From an uncultured Clostridia bacterium (GTDB lineage Bacteria > Bacillota > Clostridia > Christensenellales > UBA1242): a stretch of 38,637 bases of DNA. This document shows, piece after piece, positions 29,980 to 38,637 of the stretch. Numbering within the stretch: position 1 is the stretch's first letter; the number at the start of each line of letters is the position of its first letter. The DNA lies in assembly GCA_944377455.1 (NCBI GenBank), contig CALWEZ010000041.1, forward strand, positions 1-38,637. The letters are read 5' to 3'. The notes under the pieces were generated by a model. The model had not been told where the DNA came from. It saw only the letters and a program-made list of their open reading frames with translations, and searched no databases. The translations under genes and the position numbers were made by a program.

Positions 29980-30903
29980 TTAGATGATGTATTTCGCCTT
30001 TTTGAAACTGTCGACCTCTTCAAGTTTTTTAGGCGTCATAATGATTTTGCTGTTGATGTAATAGCGCATGCCTTGGCAGGTGAAAAAGGTTATCATATCA
30101 AAGGTGCATAGAAGAGCCGTGATAAGTGGAATGGTCAAAAGTAGACTGTAAACGCCAGCAATGTATGTGAATAGGAAGAAAACTAGATCGGATATGAGAT
30201 TCACAAATAGCGTCTTAAAGAAACGCCTTGAAATAGTCTTCACTCCTCTTCTATACCCCTTACCAACCGAAACTCCAAAGATGATAATCGCAGGTGCCCA
30301 GCCAGTTGTGGAAATTTTGTTGAGCGTGAAGAGCACCACCAAAATCAAAAATTCGCAAAGCGGAAGAAAATATGTTTGAAAGTTGACACTTTCCACCAAC
30401 CCCACAGCAAAAACGCTGACCAAAATAACCGCCATAAAAAGGATGTCATAGCATGTCTTTGCAAGCGCGTAAAGAACGGACTTATTGAGCGTTTTGAAAA
30501 GCGCGCTGAAGAACCCCACTTTGCTCTTGTTCGCCATATAGCCATAGAGCATTTCGCAAACAACATACTTACCTATATTAAATAGGAAAGGTAGGAATAG
30601 GCAAACAACAATCCCAGCATAGATAACAAGTCCAACATTCGAATTAAACGCATCTCGCACGATGTTGACAATAAGGCTCATAACGCCGTGTAGATACACG
30701 CCAAACGACGAATGAAACATGGTAAGATAGTTTGTTGTGACAGCGGAGTTTTGAAGGTTGTCCCTAATAATTTCATCAAAAGCGAAAAAGACAGGAAGAA
30801 GCAGTAACGCAGTCACGCAAATGACAAAAAGATAGTAAAGGAAAAGTTTTAAAACCTTATCCCAGTTAGAGCAAAAAAGTTTAATCGAATTAATAAATGT
30901 CAT
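29980..30903 (-). CDS. Multi-pass membrane protein of unknown function
   Basis: 307-aa ORF with 5-6 hydrophobic helices and an AAAGGT RBS. Confidence 0.7.
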   Translation of the reverse strand: MTFINSIKLFCSNWDKVLKLFLYYLFVICVTALLLLPVFFAFDEIIRDNLQNSAVTTNYLTMFHSSFGVYLHGVMSLIVNIVRDAFNSNVGLVIYAGIVVCLFLPFLFNIGKYVVCEMLYGYMANKSKVGFFSALFKTLNKSVLYALAKTCYDILFMAVILVSVFAVGLVESVNFQTYFLPLCEFLILVVLFTLNKISTTGWAPAIIIFGVSVGKGYRRGVKTISRRFFKTLFVNLISDLVFFLFTYIAGVYSLLLTIPLITALLCTFDMITFFTCQGMRYYINSKIIMTPKKLEEVDSFKKAKYII

Positions 30904-31119
30904 ACCTAACCTTTAATTTTTAATAAAATTTAAAACCGCTAAACTTATCGATGGAAAATTTGTGATGTTAAAATTTTACTTACAATTTCGCAAATTTCAA
31001 GCCATCACAATTCGTATTTCATTCAAGTGCGATATTATCTCTTAACTCGCCTTGCGATAAAACTATAAATATATATTAGCATGTTGAAAGAAAAAAATCA
31101 AAGGATTTTGCATAAATAA

Positions 31120-31590
31120 TTATATCTTAATGTCAACAATTTTGAAATGAGAAACACCGCCTGGCGTGTGAACTGCCACGGTCTCTCCTTTTTTATGCCC
31201 AATTATTGCCTTCGCAACCGGCGAAACATTGCTGATAACGCCGTTTTTCGGGTCACTTTCGGACGAACCAGAGATGCGATATTCAAGTTCCTCGTCGAAA
31301 TCTTCGTCATATAGTTTAACTTTTGTGCCGATGTTGACAACGGTGGAGTCGATGTTCTTCTTGTCGATAATCTCAGCGTTCAAAAGGATGTTTTCCATTT
31401 CGCTGATTTCCGCTTCAATCTTCGCCTGCTCATCCTTTGCTGCATCGTATTCGCTATTTTCAGATAAATCGCCAAATTCTCTCGCAATGCCAATTCTCTT
31501 CACAACATTTGGACGTAAAACTGTTTTATAATGAGTCAACTTTTCCTCAAGTTGTTTTTTACCTTCTGGTGTTAAATAATGTTTTTCCAT
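31120..31590 (-). CDS. greA: Transcription elongation factor GreA
   Basis: LTPEG, GDLSENSEYDAAK and ISNVSPVAKAI motifs. TTGACT-17-TATAAT promoter at 31634-31662. Confidence 0.97.
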   Translation of the reverse strand: MEKHYLTPEGKKQLEEKLTHYKTVLRPNVVKRIGIAREFGDLSENSEYDAAKDEQAKIEAEISEMENILLNAEIIDKKNIDSTVVNIGTKVKLYDEDFDEELEYRISGSSESDPKNGVISNVSPVAKAIIGHKKGETVAVHTPGGVSHFKIVDIKI

Positions 31591-31875
31591 AAATGCCCTC
31601 CTCTAAGATAGCCTATAATTTTTCAACTTAAATATTATAATCAAAAGCGAAGCAAAAGTCAACTAAATTTCACTTTTTCCTATTAAATATTCAAAATAGA
31701 CCAAAAATGTGACCTTCCAGCCACATTCTCTAATTTTATGCAAATTTGAAAGAAATCATACATAAAACAATTCAAATTAATGTCTTTTTGTAAAAATTTG
31801 TATCGCTCCAATCTTTACACAAAGAGTTTTTAAAATTATTTAAACATGAAAAAAAATGACAATAAAGTTAAATAT

Positions 31876-32541
31876 TTAAACTCTTTCAATCACAATCTCG
31901 GAAACGCACAAGTTGTCGTTGGTGATGTTCTCAAAAATTACCTTTGCAACATCCTTCGCCTTCATCCATTTGGAAGACTTTTCGGCAGGAACATAGTCTC
32001 TATTTTCGTTCCAAAAATCGGTGTCCATTCCGCCAGGACAAACCGAAATTACCTTTATGTTCGAGTTTTTAAAAGTTGCCTTCAAACTTTCGGTGTAACC
32101 TCTTGCACCCCACTTTGCCGCGCAATATAAACTTTCATTCACATTACCTTTCAAAGCCGCTGTTGAGAGGATATTAACGATTTTACCACCTTTTTCTTTA
32201 ATAAGTGGCAAAGCGTATGCGGTGTTAAGCATTAGCCCCACCAAACTTCCATCTAAAGCCTTTTGAATTTTTTGATAATCGTTGTCTTCAGGTGCGCCAA
32301 AACACCCAACCGCTGCATTATTGATTAAAAACTTCACATTGAAATTTTTGGAATATTTTGCATAAACTTCTTTCAAAAAGTTTTCATCCGAAACACTGCC
32401 GTATTCATAAAAAACATCCTTGAATTCCGTTCGTTTGGTTCGCGCAATCACCAAAACTTTATGCGCCTTTTTAAACAACTTCACAAGTTCCAAACCAAGT
32501 CCACTATTTCCGCCTGTTATAACCACCAAACTTCCTTTCAT
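31876..32541 (-). CDS. Short-chain dehydrogenase/reductase
   Basis: TGGNSGLG, NNAA, YCAAK and PGGMDT motifs. Start likely ATG 32541 after AGGAG. Confidence 0.9.
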   Translation of the reverse strand: MKGSLVVITGGNSGLGLELVKLFKKAHKVLVIARTKRTEFKDVFYEYGSVSDENFLKEVYAKYSKNFNVKFLINNAAVGCFGAPEDNDYQKIQKALDGSLVGLMLNTAYALPLIKEKGGKIVNILSTAALKGNVNESLYCAAKWGARGYTESLKATFKNSNIKVISVCPGGMDTDFWNENRDYVPAEKSSKWMKAKDVAKVIFENITNDNLCVSEIVIERV

Positions 32542-32788
32542 ACATTTTCTCCTAAAAATTACCTTTGGTAAAATCAATTTAGTTTACACCTATATGATAA
32601 CATAAAACTTATCAAAAAGCATACTTTTTTATAAAAATTTTAATTTTTGATTGTTTTTTCTAAAATTTTATGCTATAATACGAAATGTCTTTAATGGCAA
32701 ACATAATCGCCCATTGACCTAAACCACTCGAAAAGTTTGGTTAGGTCATAAATAAAACTTAATAACAAAACTTCTTAAACCTTATTAT

Positions 32789-32878
32789 GCAGAGATGTCC
32801 GAGTGGTTTAAGGTGCAGCCCTGGAAAGGCTGTGTGCGAGAAATCGCACCGAGGGTTCGAATCCCTCTTTCTGCGCCA
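32789..32878 (+). tRNA. tRNA-Ser (anticodon GGA)
   Basis: Acceptor GCAGAGA/TTTCTGC, anticodon arm CAGCC-CTGGAAA-GGCTG, long variable arm, GGTTCGAATCC, G discriminator and encoded CCA. Confidence 0.96.
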
Positions 32879-32885
32879 AATGAAG

Positions 32886-32918
32886 AAAGTTGTCTTAATT
32901 TTAAGGCAACTTTTTTTT
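32886..32918. terminator. Bidirectional terminator between tRNA-Ser and mnmA
   Basis: AAAGTTGTCTTAA/TTAAGGCAACTTT stem followed by a T-run. Confidence 0.8.
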
Positions 32919-32919
32919 G

Positions 32920-34472
<1,553 letters not shown>

Positions 34473-34803
34473 AATGATATTTTAAAATAATTCACGCAAA
34501 ATGTCAAGAAAAATAATCATCACATACGCAAGAGAACAAAATATAGCCAATATATATTTACAAAAAATAAATTTTTAACATTTAATTTTATAGGAACTTT
34601 TAAAAGCGCAAAATTTACCTAACAAACTTGACAAAAAATCTAATTCAAAAATTTGTTAAATTTAAATCAACACATAAAACCAATTAAAATTTAAAATAAT
34701 CAAAAAAACATTAAAAATGGTGTTATTTTTGATAAAAAACAAGAAAAAAGTGCAAAAAACTTAATTTTTACACCTAAATTCAAAAATTTTATATATTTAT
34801 AGG

Positions 34804-36192
34804 CTACGCCACTTCGCTCAATTTTTCGTTGCATTTATTAAAATACACAAAGGAAGCACTATCATCCGGCACCTTTTTCAAGACCTTTTCAAACATATCT
34901 TTCGCCTCGCTGTAGCGCTTTTCATTATAGAACCGCACGCCATTTTCAAACTCGTTTTTAAATTTCTTAAGTTTTTCTCTGACCTTTTTCGAGTAACAAT
35001 CCAAACTTTCGTAAAGTGAAATGACGCTTTTTTCGTATTCCAAATCGCCGATATAACGATATTCAAAATTAAACTTGTTCGACAGATTATCGAGCGTCAT
35101 CTTTGAAAAGAGGAGTTTACCACCCATAAACTCATTTATCTCTTCCATTTTCGACAGCATGTTAATTATAGGCGAAACAACAGTCGGCGTCTTTTCTTCT
35201 TCGCTCAGCGAAATGGTCAAGTTGCCCGTGTGAATGCTGATGCGAGACGCAATGTTAAGCGACTTTTTTTGGTTTTTATTTCTAGCGTCCACCGCCTTTA
35301 AAACTGCATGAGCGCACTCGATGGCATTTTGAGATTTAGAAAACACGGCAATCAAGCCATCACCGAGATACTTGTCAACAAAGCCGTCATATCTTTTAAT
35401 TAACGGCGCAACAACTTTGAGATAAGAGTTGATGTAGTTAAAATTTTCCTCCAAACTCAGCGTTTTGTTCGGTTTCAAATCACAATAAAGAATAGTTCCT
35501 TCTTTGGTTATGCTTTTCCCTAGTTCCAACTCTTCAATTCCATTTTTACCTAAAAAATTCAACAGTTGCTTTGGCAGATATTTTTGAGTGGCAAGGCTGG
35601 CAATTTTAAGTTTATTGTCCTTTTCCTTATAGATATAGTTGATTTTATTCAAACTATGTTCAATTTCCTGAAACTGCTTGCTTCCGCCAATCTTATAGTC
35701 CTCCATTTTAACTCTGCCGTCGCCTAGTTTCTGTGTCACTTTCTCCACATTTCGAAGTGGCCTACACGCAATCATGATTAAAGCAAATAATAGAACTAGA
35801 TAGACAACCGTGGCTAGAATTATCCATAAATTTTCCACGCCCTGCGTAGTTAAATTAAGAGTGGCTTTCACTGACGCCGAAGTGATGTCATCAAAATCTC
35901 CAATCTTAGCGACATAGACCACAAACACGCCATAAATTAAAGTCAAAGGAAGAGTGGAGAAGAATAGCAGGTTCGATAGTCTCATATTTTTTAAAAACAC
36001 AACATAAAGCGCGATAAAGGAAATTAAGAAAAGAACAAGCACCGCAAACGCCACCCATGAAAGCGCAGAAAAGTCAAACACAAACCCACTTTCAGTCGGC
36101 ACAATGCCTGCCACCAAATATCTTATCAAAAAGACATTGGCAATCAAAAGCGCAATATTGACTATCAACAAAATTTTAGTAGAAGTTTTCAT
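34804..36192 (-). CDS. Membrane-bound class III adenylate/guanylate cyclase (4 TM, HAMP, cyclase, TPR)
   Basis: RPLRNV...EI..SLN (HAMP), ILYCDL, VDKYLGDG, ISIHTG, IINMLSKME and a C-terminal TPR-like helix pair. Confidence 0.85.
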   Translation of the reverse strand: MKTSTKILLIVNIALLIANVFLIRYLVAGIVPTESGFVFDFSALSWVAFAVLVLFLISFIALYVVFLKNMRLSNLLFFSTLPLTLIYGVFVVYVAKIGDFDDITSASVKATLNLTTQGVENLWIILATVVYLVLLFALIMIACRPLRNVEKVTQKLGDGRVKMEDYKIGGSKQFQEIEHSLNKINYIYKEKDNKLKIASLATQKYLPKQLLNFLGKNGIEELELGKSITKEGTILYCDLKPNKTLSLEENFNYINSYLKVVAPLIKRYDGFVDKYLGDGLIAVFSKSQNAIECAHAVLKAVDARNKNQKKSLNIASRISIHTGNLTISLSEEEKTPTVVSPIINMLSKMEEINEFMGGKLLFSKMTLDNLSNKFNFEYRYIGDLEYEKSVISLYESLDCYSKKVREKLKKFKNEFENGVRFYNEKRYSEAKDMFEKVLKKVPDDSASFVYFNKCNEKLSEVA

Positions 36193-36197
36193 GTTTT

Positions 36198-36267
36198 TAT
36201 TGTGAGAAGAAAAATTATTTTAATGCAGAACTTAAATTGCATATATTGTCGAAATTTGGAAACAATA
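36198..36267. promoter_or_regulatory. Divergent forespore-type (sigma-G/sigma-F-like) promoters with a Spo0A box
   Basis: Minus: GCATT-17-CACAATA (36198-36226). Plus: GCATA-14-GGAAACAATA (36239-36267). TGTCGAA at 36247-36253. Confidence 0.5.
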
Positions 36268-36337
36268 TCAACATAAAACAAAAAACATCAAAAAAGTGGC
36301 TGTTTTTTGCAAAAAAATTAAAAAAAGAGGTGCAAAA

Positions 36338-36784
36338 ATGGAAGAAAAGGAAAAATTAACCAAATATTTAAACGCTATTTATCAAAATATACGCACGGCA
36401 ATTCAGTCGATTGAGGACATCACTCCAAAAACTGACAACAAAGAATTGATCAGCGAACTTAGCAAAGAGCAGGATGAATACAACTGCCTCGCTAAAGAAT
36501 GCGAAGCGTTTGCAAAGGCGGAAAAAATCGAAGGGATAAAGGATAACAACTTTATCGAAAAAGCAAAACTTTGGGCAAGCGTCAACATGTCAACAATGAT
36601 GGACGACTCTACACGCAAGATAGCTGAACTTATGCTTATCGGCACTTTTATGGGCATCATCACCTGCATGAAAGATAAGAGCGACCACAATGGCGTTTCA
36701 AAGGAACTTGACGAACTTCTTGACAAACTCTACACCTTCGAACGCAAAAACATCGACCGACTTTTACCATTCTTAGAAGAATAA
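36338..36784 (+). CDS. Four-helix, ferritin-like hypothetical protein, possibly spore-associated
   Basis: Start ATG 36338 after GAGGTG. All-helical, with IYQN...SI...E...Y and IAELMLIGTFMG...E..N...L segments. The fold is inferred. Confidence 0.65.
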   Translation: MEEKEKLTKYLNAIYQNIRTAIQSIEDITPKTDNKELISELSKEQDEYNCLAKECEAFAKAEKIEGIKDNNFIEKAKLWASVNMSTMMDDSTRKIAELMLIGTFMGIITCMKDKSDHNGVSKELDELLDKLYTFERKNIDRLLPFLEE

Positions 36785-36837
36785 TGATAATTTAGGAAAT
36801 TTATTAGAAATATATAACACTTTCAATTCAATTTAAT

Positions 36838-36876
36838 AAATATGGTGTAGTATTCAATGCATACTACACCATATTT
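36838..36876. repeat. Perfect 16-bp inverted repeat
   Basis: AAATATGGTGTAGTAT-(7 nt)-ATACTACACCATATTT. Confidence 0.85.
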
Positions 36877-37068
36877 CATATTAATTTAAATAATGAGGAA
36901 TGAATCAATTTTTGATTTTGCGAAGCGTAGAACTGCGCTCGGCAAGCATAAATCGAAAATCACACTCAGGGAAGAGGAAATGAAACGAAGAACGAAAAAT
37001 GAAAAACGAAGAGTTGTTGATAATATTAATTTTAGTTTATTTGAGATATAATCAAAACCACTTTAAGT

Positions 37069-37255
37069 AGCGACGGCGTCACAAACTGCACTTTATTTCG
37101 TCTTTTGCCTCGCACCAAAAGTCTTACCATTCGTTTGTTTGCTCCTTTTCCCTAAAAAAGACAAGAGTTTTTAGGGTTCCCTTTGAACGAACATGAGTGC
37201 GATTACGTTTGGTCGCTGGTAGGCGAAAACGAGCAAAAGCGCAGTTTTCGCCTAC
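37069..37255. repeat. Multi-stem structured intergenic element plus a 12-bp hairpin covering a stop codon
   Basis: Nested pairs AGCGAC/GTCGCT, GCACT/AGTGC, CTTTTG/CAAAAG, TTCGTT/AACGAA and CCCTAAAAA/TTTTTAGGG, then GTAGGCGAAAAC/GTTTTCGCCTAC. Confidence 0.6.
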
Positions 37256-38637
37256 ACACACGCATATTCCGTCACCTTAATCGTGAACTGCACGCCGAGT
37301 TGGTTGACGGTTAGGTTTGGTTTACGCTGTGTTCGGTCGCCATTTCCGTTGAGGCAGATAATGTTGTTGTAGTTCGCGCCCAAGTTGCGTGTGTAGTATA
37401 GAAGGTCATTCCCTGTTCTCTTTAAAAAATCACTGACAAGGTCTGAGAATTTAACCGCTCCACTCCCTGCCACTTGCTCTATCTCTTCAATAGATGAAAC
37501 AAAGATTCGTGCTGTCACGCTTGTCGGCGTGCCGTTTAGCGATGTTGTTCCAAAGGTTGGCATAGACTGCGTCCAACTGACTAGGTAAGTATTATTTACC
37601 CTATTATCATCAAAAATATCTACAGCCGCCGACGAATATCCAGAACCAGCATTTATTGCGCCAGTTGAATATCTACCTACATACACAATAGTATCCATAA
37701 CCGCCAGTGTGTCAGTGGTGGTGCTATAGCCAGACCTTTGACTACTGCTATAATCCAATCTCCACCTTATCGGCTCAACTAGGTAATATTCGTTGTTATA
37801 CTTGCAATATTCACTTCCGTTATATACCTTTGATGTCAGTCCTGAAATTGCTCCCATGGAATATGTATTGCCATTTGCAAGCGAACTCCACTGACTTTCC
37901 AAAGTGGTATGTAGCGAACTTGAAACACGGCTTTGTGGCATATATCCGTTTTCAATATACCAGTAGTCGCCATCTTCTTCATAATAGGCTGGATTGCTAG
38001 CCTGCCAAACTGCATACAGCGTCACACTTGCCGATGCATTGTATGCATTTGAGAAAGAATAGGTATCACCTGAGTCATAACTAGCACTTGTTGCAGTTGA
38101 ACCTGTCGCCCAACCTAAAAATGTATAGCCAGTCCGCGTAGGCTCGGTGCTTGTCACCGTTAAACTTACAGTGGTTCGTGTCGTTCCATACTGATTCCAT
38201 CGTTGCGTGCCGGTGGTCGACGATGGTGCAGAACTGCCACCATTTGCATCGTATGTGATTGAAACTGTTCTTTGTGAAATAGCATACCAGCTGAGATTTG
38301 AGGTGCTGTTCGTGTAAGTTGTTGATGTGACCGAGGTGTTTGCCGCATAAGTTCTTGTTGTGCTTGTGGAACTATCATATGCCCAACCATATAAACTCCA
38401 ACCATTTGACGTGTAATACGAATAATATGAGGACGAACGCGTGGTAAAACTTTGTCCATATGTTCTTGTTTGAGTTCCATATGTCGTATCTCCACTCGAA
38501 TTCCTATATCGATAATAGTTGGTGTAAGTAGCTCTTTCCCAAACAGCATAAAGTGTCACACTTGCTGATGCGTTATATGCATTCGAGAATGAATAGGTAT
38601 CACCTGGGTCATAACTAGCACTTGTCGCGCTTGAACT
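37252..38637 (-). CDS. Large surface protein with InlB B-type repeats and a C-terminal DUF6273-like domain, 5'-truncated by the window
   Basis: The frame is open to the window end. ITYDANGG...PTRTGYTFLGW...VTLYAVW repeats. C-terminal GYMPQS...YLVEPIRWRL...YTR...GVQF pattern. Confidence 0.8.
   Translation of the reverse strand, partial: SSSATSASYDPGDTYSFSNAYNASASVTLYAVWERATYTNYYRYRNSSGDTTYGTQTRTYGQSFTTRSSSYYSYYTSNGWSLYGWAYDSSTSTTRTYAANTSVTSTTYTNSTSNLSWYAISQRTVSITYDANGGSSAPSSTTGTQRWNQYGTTRTTVSLTVTSTEPTRTGYTFLGWATGSTATSASYDSGDTYSFSNAYNASASVTLYAVWQASNPAYYEEDGDYWYIENGYMPQSRVSSSLHTTLESQWSSLANGNTYSMGAISGLTSKVYNGSEYCKYNNEYYLVEPIRWRLDYSSSQRSGYSTTTDTLAVMDTIVYVGRYSTGAINAGSGYSSAAVDIFDDNRVNNTYLVSWTQSMPTFGTTSLNGTPTSVTARIFVSSIEEIEQVAGSGAVKFSDLVSDFLKRTGNDLLYYTRNLGANYNNIICLNGNGDRTQRKPNLTVNQLGVQFTIKVTEYACV
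38005..38637. repeat. Intragenic direct repeat with a 534-nt (178-aa) period
   Basis: 38005-38103 is highly similar to 38539-38637 (ATSASYD.GDTYSFSNAYNASASVTLYAVW in both), differing mostly at synonymous positions. Confidence 0.85.

Noticed and set aside
36980-37051. Small ORF MKRRTKNEKRRVVDNINFSLFEI
   Set aside because: It is mostly generated by low-complexity AACGAA/AATGAA repeats, the RBS spacing is poor, and no promoter is evident.
36785-37251. A DGR template repeat or CRISPR array in the last intergenic region
   Set aside because: Only short word matches (e.g. GTGCAGTT) to the gene's 3' end, no colinear copy, and no regularly spaced repeats.

Overview
A low-GC chromosomal window, most likely from a spore-forming Clostridia-type Firmicute (inferred from gene content, sigma-A promoters, AGGAG ribosome-binding sites, a T-box and sporulation genes). 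The core backbone is rpmF, pta-ackA, ylbJ, a DegV protein, fhs, a YhaO/YhaN-like nuclease-ATPase pair, yajC, ytxC, T-box-thrS, rnpB, rnj with an O-methyltransferase, greA, tRNA-Ser(GGA) and mnmA. Hidden or unusual items: (1) an intact phage terminase large subunit and a RinA/ArpU-like late-gene activator in ordinary chromosomal context, with no integrase, portal or capsid gene, which suggests a domesticated or dispersed DNA-packaging (GTA-like) module; (2) an unannotated 32-aa SpoVM-like peptide just upstream of that activator; (3) an unannotated 24-aa membrane peptide coupled to yajC; (4) many accessory genes that look leaderless; (5) a non-canonical DAC-domain protein, and a membrane class III nucleotide cyclase behind a forespore-type promoter; (6) a MATE-HAD fusion; (7) a repeat surface protein, cut by the window edge, with a DUF6273-like tip, an AAC-rich 3' end, a perfect hairpin over its stop codon and a downstream multi-stem element, reminiscent of a DGR target although no RT or TR is in the window. 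All family assignments were made by eye from motifs; no database searches were run.
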